Origin: Planctomycetales bacterium
GTDB lineage: Bacteria; Planctomycetota; Planctomycetia; Planctomycetales; Planctomycetaceae
Reading direction: 5' to 3'
Assembly (NCBI GenBank): GCA_026400835.1
Contig: JAPLOA010000065.1
Coordinates: forward strand, 4,189-68,188
Length of the DNA: 64,000 bases
Shown: positions 1 through 9,201 of the stretch, in pieces
Layout of the letters: the number at the start of each line of letters is the position of its first letter
Position numbering within the stretch: the stretch's first letter is position 1
The notes under the pieces: model-generated
What the model was told of the DNA's origin: nothing
The model's database searches: none
The model's input: the letters and a program-made list of their open reading frames with translations, nothing else
Program-made: the position numbers and the translations under genes

Positions 1-236
1 TGGCAGTTCAGGTTGCAAACGTGATCTGGTTTTTGTGAAACACTGAGATCGGAGCCCACTCAATGGGCTCAGATCAAAGTGGCTCAGATTCTGCCATTGC
101 TTCCTTTCGGATCCGTTCATCTCCGAGAGCTGTATCTCCGATCGATTTGAACATTGCGTCTCGTGGAGAGCAAGCAGGGTGAACAACTTCGGAAATCGAG
201 CTCACAGCGTCCCGGGGATTCATGACCTTTCTCATG

Positions 237-596
237 TCACGCAAAACTCACGAACTGGCGTCCGTCCGTCTGCCTTCGAATAACAGCAGATACAGCAAAA
301 TCGTTATCCGACAGCCCTAAGGCCATAACTTCTGGATCATCTGATATTGGTTCGTACGTTCCGACAATGATGCGTTTTACGCTTCCCCGATCTCCGCTCA
401 CTACGCCCTCATAGTCCAGATACATCAGTCGATGATCCGGCAATGGCTCTGCGGCAATCGGTTCCCCGAGACATGGCCTCCTGAGTAGCCTCCAGGTTCG
501 TGCAGAGCATTCGTCTTCCAGTAACAGATCCCAATGCAGAAAGGGATGATCGTGCTCAAGGATCACGAATCGCCTAGGCATTGATTCCCCTGTCAC
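237..596 (-). CDS. stand-alone LigD N-terminal (3'-phosphoesterase-like, LigD_N) domain protein
   Basis: 119-aa ORF. RFVILEHDHPFLHWDLLLE, DHRLMYLDYEG and GTYE motifs match my recollection of the LigD_N family pattern (FVvQ.H.a..lHyDfRLE ... dHpl.Y..FEG). No ligase or polymerase domain attached. Confidence 0.5.
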   Translation of the reverse strand: MTGESMPRRFVILEHDHPFLHWDLLLEDECSARTWRLLRRPCLGEPIAAEPLPDHRLMYLDYEGVVSGDRGSVKRIIVGTYEPISDDPEVMALGLSDNDFAVSAVIRRQTDGRQFVSFA

Positions 597-652
597 ATTG
601 AGTATTCACGCCAACCGAAGGCGATGATGATCGGCACAACAGCTCATCCGAA

Positions 653-1582
653 CTACACGCCGCCTGTCTCATCAAACGAATCATTGATCGTCGTGCAGTT
701 GGTCTTTCGGCTGATTCGCTTCAAAAGTCCCTTGAGAACCTTGCCAGGGCCGACTTCATAAAAATCATCGCAGCCTTCGCCCAACATCAGATTGATTGAA
801 TCTTCCCAACGCACGGGGTTGAGCACCTGCCGGATGAGTAACTGACGAATCTCTTCCGGATCCGTATGAGTCTGAGCATCGACGTTGGAAACCACTGGAA
901 TCTCAGGAGTACGGATTTCGACTTCCGCAAGAACTTCCGCCAGCGCCTCATCGGCCGGTCGCATAATTTCCGTGTGGAAGGCTCCGGCAACCGCGAGAGG
1001 AATTGCTCGACCACCGGCGGCTACAGCCAATTCAGCAGCGCGTTCGCAGGCAGCGTTCTCGCCGCTGACCACGAGGTTCCCCGGACACAAAAAATTTGCG
1101 ATCTGAATCGGACCATGAGCAGACGCCTCTTTGCAGATCTGCTCAACCTGCGGACGCTCCATCAACAGAATGCTGACCATTCCAGAAGGAGTGGCATCGG
1201 CCGCTGCCTGCATCGCCTCACCGCGGCGCTTGACGACTCTTAGCCCGTCTTCAAACGACATCGCTCCGGAAAACACCAAAGCCGTGTACTCGCCCAGGCT
1301 CAACCCAGCCGCCATCTCACAGGCCAGAACAATCTCCGGCGAGTCAGCTCGAAGCTTTTCCAACGCAGCCAGGCTGGTCACAAACAACGCCGGCTGACTG
1401 ATGACCGTAGAATCCAGTTCTTCAGCGGGACCTTCGAAGCAAAGCTTCGCCAGATCAAAGCCCATAATGTCGGCTGCACGCTCGTAAAGCTCACGAGCTT
1501 TCGGGTACTGAGCTGCAAGCTTGCGGCCCATCCCAACATGTTGGGCACCCTGACCAGGAAAGAACAAAGCAATCTTGGACAT
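653..1582 (-). CDS. fabD: malonyl-CoA:ACP transacylase
   Basis: 309 aa. N-terminal FPGQGAQHVGMG, active-site GLSLGEYTA (GxSxG) and later GAFHT motif. Lies directly downstream of plsX. Confidence 0.93.
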   Translation of the reverse strand: MSKIALFFPGQGAQHVGMGRKLAAQYPKARELYERAADIMGFDLAKLCFEGPAEELDSTVISQPALFVTSLAALEKLRADSPEIVLACEMAAGLSLGEYTALVFSGAMSFEDGLRVVKRRGEAMQAAADATPSGMVSILLMERPQVEQICKEASAHGPIQIANFLCPGNLVVSGENAACERAAELAVAAGGRAIPLAVAGAFHTEIMRPADEALAEVLAEVEIRTPEIPVVSNVDAQTHTDPEEIRQLLIRQVLNPVRWEDSINLMLGEGCDDFYEVGPGKVLKGLLKRISRKTNCTTINDSFDETGGV

Positions 1583-1660
1583 GAATTCTCCTTTGCGCAG
1601 CCGAACGTGGGCTGATGCGACAGAGCGAAGTCAAAGGCCGACGTGAATTGGTCGATCAGT

Positions 1661-2665
1661 CTACTGAGGCAGATTCTGTTGAGCCAGCAGATCAGTAATG
1701 CGCGAATTAATGTGGTGGTTATCGATTTCCGTGGCCATCTTCAGAGCATTCCGAATCGATCGATGATCGCTGGAGCCATGACAAATGATGCAGACACCAT
1801 CAATACCCAGCAACGGAGCTCCACCGGACTCCTGATAGTGGAATTGATCCGTGAGCTTGCCCAATGTCTGCTTCGCAAGATCGCGCTCAGTCGACAGAGC
1901 TTTCATCATTGCGCCACCAACGGTCTTAAGGATGAATTCTGCCATCCCTTCGCTGACCTTCAGCACCACGTTTCCAACAAAGCCCTCGCAGACGATGACA
2001 TCTGCTTCACCATGATAGAGACCGCGTCCTTCCACGTTGCCGATGTAGGTTCCGTGCAATTTGGAATTGGCCAGCATCGTGTGGGTATCGCGATAAAGAT
2101 CGGTCCCCTTGCCTTCTTCGCTGCCGATGTTCATCAGCCCGATGCGAGGTGATTCAATCCCCAACATTTCCCTGGCCCACACCGACCCCATCAACCCATA
2201 TTGAGCCAGATGTTCCGGTCGAGCCGCAGGGTTCGCACCGACATCGATGAGAATACAGGATCCATTAATAGTCGGCAGGCGGACCGCAATCCCCGGACGC
2301 TTCACGCCCTTGAGGAAAAGGCGCGTTCTCAGCCCCGCCGCTACAACAGCCCCGGTGTGCCCTGCACTGACAACCGCCTGGACGTCTCTGGATGCCATCA
2401 ACTGCCAGCAGCGAACAATCGAACAGTTCGGCTTTTCGCGCAGCGCAACGGTCGGCTTCTCTTCCATTCCGACGAAACCTTCAGATTCAACAATCTGAAT
2501 ACTCGGAGGCAGAGAGCCGACTTTGGCGATTTCTTCTTCCAGTCGAGGGCGATCACCAACCAACAGGACTTCCAGATTCGGGATTCGCTCAACGGCTTCA
2601 AATGCACCGACGATGTTCGGGCCGGGAGCAAAATCACCGCCCATCGCATCCAGGGCGATCCGCAT
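1661..2665 (-). CDS. plsX: phosphate acyltransferase PlsX
   Basis: 334 aa. MRIALDAMGGDFAP start and the full-length PlsX pattern. Begins 6 nt after rpmF, the canonical rpmF-plsX arrangement. Confidence 0.93.
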   Translation of the reverse strand: MRIALDAMGGDFAPGPNIVGAFEAVERIPNLEVLLVGDRPRLEEEIAKVGSLPPSIQIVESEGFVGMEEKPTVALREKPNCSIVRCWQLMASRDVQAVVSAGHTGAVVAAGLRTRLFLKGVKRPGIAVRLPTINGSCILIDVGANPAARPEHLAQYGLMGSVWAREMLGIESPRIGLMNIGSEEGKGTDLYRDTHTMLANSKLHGTYIGNVEGRGLYHGEADVIVCEGFVGNVVLKVSEGMAEFILKTVGGAMMKALSTERDLAKQTLGKLTDQFHYQESGGAPLLGIDGVCIICHGSSDHRSIRNALKMATEIDNHHINSRITDLLAQQNLPQ

Positions 2666-2670
2666 GGAAG

Positions 2671-2853
2671 TTATTCCTCAACGCTTTCAACCAGTGTTCG
2701 GCCCTGATAATAGCCACACGTTGGACAAACAACGTGAGTTGGAGCCATCGTGCCACATTGTGGACACTTTGCCAATTGACGAGGCTTAATGGCATTGTGA
2801 CTGTTACGCTTCCGCGAACGAGTCTTCGATTGCCTTCTCTTAGGTACAGCCAT
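2671..2853 (-). CDS. rpmF: 50S ribosomal protein L32
   Basis: 60 aa. MAVPKRRQSKTRSRKR N-terminus plus CPQC...CPTC zinc-ribbon. Confidence 0.95.
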   Translation of the reverse strand: MAVPKRRQSKTRSRKRNSHNAIKPRQLAKCPQCGTMAPTHVVCPTCGYYQGRTLVESVEE

Positions 2854-3300
2854 GACACTTCTTCCAAACGCAAACTTTGATCAGATACCAGTTTTCGAAC
2901 ACTTAATCGCCAATATCATGTGATCGCCACGATACCAAAACAGGCTCAACAGACTTTGTCAAAACGACAAATCATGTTTTCCCTGTCAACTCGTCAAAGC
3001 GATTCGACGAGTTCCTTCGCAGCGAGGTATTGCTTTCGACACGGAGCACTTCAATCAGCAGGCTATTCCCGGGGAATTCTGACCGCGACTCGATACCAGC
3101 CCCTTTCGCCCATCGCCAGCGATGCTACATCAACAAACGACCGGCAAAAGTCGCCCATAAGTAGAGAAGTTGACAAATGTGCAGGAGTTCACAATGCGAA
3201 TCGGGCATCGTGTCAAAGAGCAGGTTCGATGTCAAGAAGGAGTGCCGTTTTGGCCTCGGAATTCGCCCGAGCGACACAAGAACACTCAAAACTCTCCCAT

Positions 3301-4617
3301 TCAGCTTCTCAAAGCACCACCAACCCTGAACAAGAGCGATACGTGCATCACAGAAAATACGATGATGGCAATTGCCGCAGCCAAAATCGGCGCCAACATC
3401 ACCAATCCCAACACTGGTGCCACAAATCGAGCCAACAACGGTGCTGAAAACGAACACACGAAGATCAGAACGAGGCAACTTGGGATGCCAATCAGAATTA
3501 TCATCGCCTGCCGAGCCAGATCGTATCGTTTTACGTATTCTGAGGCCTTCTTCAGGAAGAGCTCAAAACAGATCAAATGCCCTAACCCGCTGAACAACCC
3601 GATCATCGCAAATAACAACTGGTTGCTCGAAGGACCCTGGCGGAAAGGCGCAGGGCGAAATGGATTACTCGCCCCTTGATCTGCCAAAGCCTGAATCACA
3701 GAAAACAACACCTGCACCGCCAGACAACCGATCGCCGCGATAATCAGACCCTTCGCCCCACTCCGCTGCGGAATCGCAATGCACATGCATTCCCCAACCA
3801 ACACCACGATGGCCCCAATAAACATCGCAATCGCCGCCAACCCAATCAGAACCAGAAGCCCCGAAGAACCAGCCCCGCCGCCTCTCTCCATAGCTGCAGC
3901 AATAAAGCTGCCCGCAAAAACAAAGACAACCAAGAGAAAAATCGAAACTGTCGCCCACCCCTGAATCAACAAACCCAGACCTGCCAACTTTCGCGAGGCA
4001 ATATCAGACGGCCCCCCGGAACGTCCTGACGATGATGCAGAACCAGCTTTAGGTGGAGCAAACGGATTTGACTCAAAATAGTCTGTGCCATCGTCCTCAT
4101 AACTTCCATAGCCCGAATCATAATCCTCGACGTCTTCGTCCTGCTCCGCAGGTCTTGCTCGCCTCCGCGGCTTCCCGCTCGAAGAACTCCTCACGGAGCC
4201 ACCTCGATCACTGCTCTGCGATTCACGCACTCCATCACTTCGGCCGCCTTTCCCACGTGACGACGCCTCCTTCGCGGCAGGCTTTGTGACCGAAGGCTCT
4301 GAACCTCCTGTCGATGCCGTAGAGGAATCCCCTGAACCGCGAGACTCCGAACTTATCGCTCGTGCTCTTCTGATCACAGAACTGCTGGTCGGCACTTCTT
4401 TCGGCGACGGAGATTTAGTGCCTTCACCTTTCGCAGTATCATCTCGACCACCAGCAACTGCGCTCTGGGAAGCTGCCCCGGCGTGGCTGGGTGATTGCGC
4501 CGACGCGACCAGCGGGACCTCAACAACTCCTGAACATGCAGGACAGCGAACACGCTTTCCTGCGGCCGTGTCAGGGACCTTCAATGTCTTGCTGCATTGA
4601 GAACATTGAACAATCAT
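3301..4617 (-). CDS. zinc-ribbon / Ser-rich linker / polytopic membrane protein, function unknown
   Basis: 438 aa. N-terminal CSQC...CPAC ribbon (MIVQCSQCSKTLKVP...RVRCPACSG), then about 180 aa of Ser/Gly/Asp-rich low complexity, then 5-6 hydrophobic helices. No family recognised. Confidence 0.6.
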   Translation of the reverse strand: MIVQCSQCSKTLKVPDTAAGKRVRCPACSGVVEVPLVASAQSPSHAGAASQSAVAGGRDDTAKGEGTKSPSPKEVPTSSSVIRRARAISSESRGSGDSSTASTGGSEPSVTKPAAKEASSRGKGGRSDGVRESQSSDRGGSVRSSSSGKPRRRARPAEQDEDVEDYDSGYGSYEDDGTDYFESNPFAPPKAGSASSSGRSGGPSDIASRKLAGLGLLIQGWATVSIFLLVVFVFAGSFIAAAMERGGGAGSSGLLVLIGLAAIAMFIGAIVVLVGECMCIAIPQRSGAKGLIIAAIGCLAVQVLFSVIQALADQGASNPFRPAPFRQGPSSNQLLFAMIGLFSGLGHLICFELFLKKASEYVKRYDLARQAMIILIGIPSCLVLIFVCSFSAPLLARFVAPVLGLVMLAPILAAAIAIIVFSVMHVSLLFRVGGALRS

Positions 4618-4772
4618 TTGGGCACCCAGGTTTGATCAAACGTCCATAACCTTCTGAGACCCCAAAGATTACTCTGACCCCAACCGTCAGAAAAGCGAAT
4701 GTACCGGACCCCGTCAAGCTGTCGCAGGATTTATCAACGATCGGCGAAACCCAGCCTCGCTCAGGCTCCACA

Positions 4773-5732
4773 TCAGAGTACAGCCCCAGCCCGACCGTTA
4801 AGGGCCTGAATCCTGTCGGCAATCTGCTCTGGCGTCTCCAGACCTGTCATCGCAAGCGGACAGCATTCTTCCAGATTGCGAAACCAGGTATGCTGGCGTT
4901 TCGCGAATTGCCGGGTCGAGATTTTGATTTGCTCCACAGCAGCCTCAAGGGTCAACTGCCCGTTCAGATAACCAATCAATTCGCGATAGCCCAACGCCTG
5001 GCAGGCGGTGCGCGATGGAGGCGGCTGCAACTTCATCAGCTCACGAGTCTCCTCAAGCCAGCCATCAGACATCATCTGATCAACCCGAAGATCAATTCGG
5101 GCTCGCAACCACTCACGCGGAGGCTCCAGCCATGCGACGACACGGGGGCGGTCGACCACTGAAAGAGGGCTGTGCTGCTGATCCTCGGAGATTGGTCGCC
5201 CTGTCAGCTCATAGACTTCCAGCGCCCGAATAATCCTTCGCATATCATTTAAATGCAGCCGTTCCGCCGTGACCGGATCGCAGGCCGCCAGCTTGTCGTG
5301 CAGCCATTGCGGACCATTCTTAATCGCCAATTGCTCCATGGACTCGCGAAAGCTCCAGTCGGGTTCAGGCCCTTCAAAGAGCCCTCTCAGGATTGATCGC
5401 AAATAAAGCCCGGTCCCTCCCACGAACAGAGGAACTCGTTGACGCCCGATGATTTCCGTGGCGATCCCGGCAGCATGCTTCACAAACTCGGCCACACTAT
5501 ATTCTTCGTGAGGCTCTGCGATATCAATCAAGTGATGGGCCACCTTCTGCAGATCCTGCTTCGAAGGCTTCGCCGTTCCGATATCCATCCGTCGATAAAT
5601 GGCCATGGAATCGAGCGATATAATCTCGGCGTTCAGGCGATCCGCCAGAATTATGGACGTAGCCGACTTTCCGCATGCCGTAGGTCCAGCAAGAAACCAG
5701 CATAGCCGAAGAACCGAAGAGGGAAGTTTCAT
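4773..5732 (-). CDS. miaA: tRNA dimethylallyltransferase
   Basis: 319 aa. P-loop GPTACGKS, SLDSMAIYRRMDIGTAKP and LFVGGTGLY motifs. Confidence 0.92.
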   Translation of the reverse strand: MKLPSSVLRLCWFLAGPTACGKSATSIILADRLNAEIISLDSMAIYRRMDIGTAKPSKQDLQKVAHHLIDIAEPHEEYSVAEFVKHAAGIATEIIGRQRVPLFVGGTGLYLRSILRGLFEGPEPDWSFRESMEQLAIKNGPQWLHDKLAACDPVTAERLHLNDMRRIIRALEVYELTGRPISEDQQHSPLSVVDRPRVVAWLEPPREWLRARIDLRVDQMMSDGWLEETRELMKLQPPPSRTACQALGYRELIGYLNGQLTLEAAVEQIKISTRQFAKRQHTWFRNLEECCPLAMTGLETPEQIADRIQALNGRAGAVL

Positions 5733-6120
5733 GAACTTTGCCGGGCGTCTGGTTGAATTTCCGGCTCGACGAATCTCGGCGAACCTTTGGCTTCTGCAGT
5801 TGAACGTTGGATAGGACGACGATATGCTGCCCCGTTTCCGAAAAACAGCGGGGCAGGCTCTGCGCGCTGTATTTTGCAGAAATTTTAGCCTAAGACTATA
5901 GCTTTGCTGGGTTTACGGCTTTTCTATCACTGTCTGAAACACAGCGGTGAATGCAGGCAATTGACGCTGAGACCACAAAAAGTCTCCGGTCGTTGGTTGG
6001 TTTCGGTCGAAATTGAGGCATTGAAATTCTGTATGCCCCACTGTATCGGCAGAATCTGCTGAAGGTCAGCGGGGTTCGAAAATAGGTGTTTGTTCGGTTC
6101 TTGATTCAGGGTGGTCACAG

Positions 6121-6678
6121 ATGTCGGAAGATCTTCTGGTGAAGGCGGAACGCCGGTCTAAGCTCGGTACAGTCGACTCAAAGCGCCTTCGGGCGTCCGG
6201 GCGTGTACCAGGCAACATTTATGGCTTGGGCCGACCGGGTGAATCTGTGTCGATTTGCGGCGAAACGATTGAAAAGCTCGTCGCCACACGCTCATCGGTG
6301 GTCGACGTCGAACTGGATGGTAAGGTCGACAAAGCTGTGGTTCAGGAGTTGCAATGGGATGTCTTCAGTACATCCATTCAGCACATCGATCTGCGTCTCG
6401 TGGATCCAGCGGGTCGTACTACGGCTCATGTAGCTCTGGAGTTGCGCGGTGACCCGGTAGGCCTCAAGGACGGCGGCGCTATTCGCCAGCACCTGAAAAA
6501 GGTGGCCATCGACTGTCCAGACTACCGCGTTCCAAAGTCTATTGTGGTTCGTATCGGCGGTTTGAAAATCGGTGATGCAGTAAAGGCTTCGGATCTACTG
6601 TTGCCGGAACACGCTCACCTTGTCACTGCTGCTGACGACGTTGTTGTTGAGCTTTACGATCCTCGTAAAGCTGTCTGA
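6121..6678 (+). CDS. rplY: 50S ribosomal protein L25 / general stress protein Ctc
   Basis: 185 aa. R..LGT..SKRLRASGRVPGNIYG N-terminus typical of L25/Ctc. Directly upstream of pth, the conserved ctc-pth pair. Confidence 0.85.
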   Translation: MSEDLLVKAERRSKLGTVDSKRLRASGRVPGNIYGLGRPGESVSICGETIEKLVATRSSVVDVELDGKVDKAVVQELQWDVFSTSIQHIDLRLVDPAGRTTAHVALELRGDPVGLKDGGAIRQHLKKVAIDCPDYRVPKSIVVRIGGLKIGDAVKASDLLLPEHAHLVTAADDVVVELYDPRKAV

Positions 6679-6746
6679 CCGTTATAGGCCTTTGTCTTTT
6701 CCGGCACCCTGTACGGGGCTGCTGATTTGATGGGGTTGAACTTGTA

Positions 6747-7316
6747 ATGAAATTGGTGGTTGGTCTCGGGAATCCAGGTTCGCAGTATTCCGGAACTCGC
6801 CACAACGTTGGGTTTGATGTCATTTCCGAACTGTCTCTGCGTTGGCAGTGCCAGAAACCTCAGCTGAAGTTTGATGCGGAGATTCGAGAAGCCTTTCCAT
6901 CCTCTGGGAAGGTACTCCTTGCAAATCCGATGACTTATATGAATCTCAGCGGGAAGTCTGTTCAGCAGATTACTCGCTTCTATCAAATCGCGTCAGAGGA
7001 CGTGGTTGTTATTTGTGATGATATAAATCTTCCGCTGGGCGCCGTTCGGTGGCGTCCCGGTGGTTCTTCTGGTGGTCAAAAAGGACTAGCAGATATTCTG
7101 CAACGTCTGGGAACAGATCAGGTTCCTCGACTCCGATTGGGAGTCGGAAGACCTCCGGGACAGATGGAGGCTTCAACTTGGGTTCTAGCCCGATTTCGAT
7201 CGGAGGAACGCAGCGAAGCTGAATTGATGACGAAAGTGGCCGCTGATTCGGTTGTATGCTGGGTTGCGGACGGTTTGGTCACAGTAATGAACAAGTTTAA
7301 TAAATCAGGTTCTTAG
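6747..7316 (+). CDS. pth: peptidyl-tRNA hydrolase
   Basis: 189 aa. MKLVVGLGNPG..Y..TRHNVGF start and DD..LP.G motif. Confidence 0.93.
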   Translation: MKLVVGLGNPGSQYSGTRHNVGFDVISELSLRWQCQKPQLKFDAEIREAFPSSGKVLLANPMTYMNLSGKSVQQITRFYQIASEDVVVICDDINLPLGAVRWRPGGSSGGQKGLADILQRLGTDQVPRLRLGVGRPPGQMEASTWVLARFRSEERSEAELMTKVAADSVVCWVADGLVTVMNKFNKSGS

Positions 7317-7417
7317 TAGACTCTTTAAGTTCGGTGCTCGGTTTTTCCGGGTATCAAGTAGGTTCTTTTTGCTCGGATGCCTGCATTCGAGCCTGCCCCA
7401 GAGGGAGCATCAGTTCC

Positions 7418-7834
7418 GTGTCAGTCGTAGCAGAAAAACCGGTGCGAGAGCATCTTTATGAAGGCATGTTCCTGGTCGACAGTGGCAAATTTGCTATGGA
7501 TCCGGACGGTGTCACCAATGATATCCTGGCGATCCTGAAGCGAGCCGGGGCGACGGTTGTCGCGCACCGTCCATGGCAGGATGGAAAGCTGGCCTACGAA
7601 ATCAACGGAATGAAGAAAGGCCTGCATTACATCGTGTGCTTCACGATGCCCGGCTCCGGCATGAAGACACTGATTCGTCAGTGCCAGCTCAGCGAAACAG
7701 TCGTGCGTCAAATGGTCATCAATCACCCACAAAGCATCTTTGATGCAACGGTGGCTTCAATCAGTGGCACGGCAGTTCCTCAGGTTGCCGATGGTGGTCC
7801 TGCTGAACCGACGGTTGATGCTCTGGAAGACTAA
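7418..7834 (+). CDS. rpsF: 30S ribosomal protein S6
   Basis: REHLYEGMFLVDS aligns with the S6 N-terminus (MRHYEIVFMV). The track ORF starts at 7334, but a GAGGGAG Shine-Dalgarno lies 9 nt before GTG 7418. GTG 7442 is an alternative start. Followed by ssb. Confidence 0.85.
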   Translation: MSVVAEKPVREHLYEGMFLVDSGKFAMDPDGVTNDILAILKRAGATVVAHRPWQDGKLAYEINGMKKGLHYIVCFTMPGSGMKTLIRQCQLSETVVRQMVINHPQSIFDATVASISGTAVPQVADGGPAEPTVDALED

Positions 7835-7887
7835 GTTCGCTGCAGTTTGTTCTGTGTCCGGGAAGCGAGTCCGAGTCGGAGTATCTC

Positions 7888-8400
7888 ATGGCCTCATTCA
7901 ACAAAGTTATTCTTCTCGGCAATCTGACTCGTGATCCGGAAGTGCGGTACACCACTGGCGGTTCAGCGGTCTGCGATATCACGCTGGCTGTGAATTATCA
8001 GTGGACAGACAAACGATCCAACGAACGGAAAGAAGAAGTCTCTTTTATTGATGTGACTCTTTGGGGTCGCACAGCGGAGATCGCCGGTGAATATCTTGGA
8101 AAAGGTCGACCTGTTTTGATTGAAGGCCGACTTCAACAAGACAAGTGGGACGACAAGGAAACTGGTCAGAAACGTTCGAAGCTGAAAGTGGTAGCAGATG
8201 CCATGCAGCTTTTAGGCGGCAAAGCAGAGGGCGGTAGTAGTGGTGGTGGCAATGCCGCTCCAAGAAGCAACCCTGGACGACCTGCCGCCGCGCCAGCTCG
8301 AAGTAATGATGGCTACGGTGATTCAGATTCCGGACGAACTCCGGATCAGACTTTCTATGACGACATGCCGCCCTCCGGCGGTGACGACGTTCCGTTCTAG
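7888..8400 (+). CDS. ssb: single-stranded DNA-binding protein
   Basis: 170 aa. MASFNKVILLGNLTRDPEVRYT OB-fold start, Gly-rich linker and acidic C-terminal tip DDVPF. Confidence 0.93.
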   Translation: MASFNKVILLGNLTRDPEVRYTTGGSAVCDITLAVNYQWTDKRSNERKEEVSFIDVTLWGRTAEIAGEYLGKGRPVLIEGRLQQDKWDDKETGQKRSKLKVVADAMQLLGGKAEGGSSGGGNAAPRSNPGRPAAAPARSNDGYGDSDSGRTPDQTFYDDMPPSGGDDVPF

Positions 8401-8522
8401 GAAGTCGTTAGAACCTCAATTGATACGATTTTAATTCGACAGTGATCATGTTTTGATTGGCCGCAAAAGAGTCCGATTTGACTCGCTGCTGATCAGGAAT
8501 GGTGAAAAAGGAACCCGGCTCG

Positions 8523-9011
8523 ATGGCTAGCACAGTTCAACCCAGTTCACGAAACGTGGAAGTCCTGCTCGTCCACGACGTTGAAAACCTCGGCCAACGG
8601 GGCGAAATCGTCAAAGTGAAGCCAGGCTACGCTCGCAATTATTTGTTGCCGCAGGGCAAAGCCACTGTGGCAACTCTGCAGAACAAGCGGATGGTCGAGA
8701 AGCACAAAGAGAAACTGGCCGCGATCGAAGTTGGACGCGTGAAGCAGTACCAGCGAGTGGCCGATGCCGTCAGCAAGTACAGCGCAACAATCGAAGCTCA
8801 TGCGACTGCTGATAATCATCTTTACGGCTCCGTTGTCGCTCGTGATATCAGCGAAGCCCTGAAGGCTGCGGGACATCCGGTTGAAGCCGAGCATGTTCGA
8901 CTTGATGGGCCGATTAAAGAACTGGGCATGTACACCGTGAAGCTGAAGTTTCACGAAAAGGTCAATGCCGAAGTCAAAGTCTGGGTTGTGCCATCAGCAA
9001 CCAGCGGCTAA
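8523..9011 (+). CDS. rplI: 50S ribosomal protein L9
   Basis: VEVLLVHDVENLGQRGEIVKVKPGYARNYLLPQGKA is the L9 signature. ATG 8523 is preceded by AAGGA at suitable spacing. ATG 8499 is the alternative start. Confidence 0.9.
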   Translation: MASTVQPSSRNVEVLLVHDVENLGQRGEIVKVKPGYARNYLLPQGKATVATLQNKRMVEKHKEKLAAIEVGRVKQYQRVADAVSKYSATIEAHATADNHLYGSVVARDISEALKAAGHPVEAEHVRLDGPIKELGMYTVKLKFHEKVNAEVKVWVVPSATSG

Positions 9012-9071
9012 TCAATTTTGTTGTCTCGCTGTGCGAGTTCCTCATAGTTCTCGCACTGCTCAAACACACTG

Positions 9072-9106
9072 AATCCTCAGGCATTCATTTGCCTGAGGAT
9101 TTTTTC
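9072..9106 (+). terminator. rho-independent terminator after rplI
   Basis: AATCCTCAGGC / GCCTGAGGATT 11-bp perfect stem, 8-nt loop, followed by TTTTT. Confidence 0.65.
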
Positions 9107-9201
9107 TCGAACTGGCTTGAGTATCTCCACCAGCACGGCCCTGTCTCCGGCCCCGTGATGATGTGAAGCCGCCTTCGAACATTCAATTCGGGACGTTCCC
9201 A

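Noticed and set aside
74-235. 53-codon minus-strand ORF starting 1 nt after the stop of the LigD_N-like gene
   Set aside because: It is short with no recognisable motif and composition typical of non-coding sequence, and it cannot be supported without conservation data.
2920-3447. 175-aa plus-strand ORF upstream of rpmF, where a DUF177/YceD gene is often found
   Set aside because: It is on the wrong strand for the rpmF operon, is Ser/Arg/Gln-rich, and overlaps the 3' end of the 3301..4617 gene. No YceD-like sequence exists on the minus strand.
6071-6085. GGGGTTCGAAAAT resembling a tRNA T-arm
   Set aside because: No acceptor, D or anticodon stems can be drawn around it. It lies in the rplY leader.
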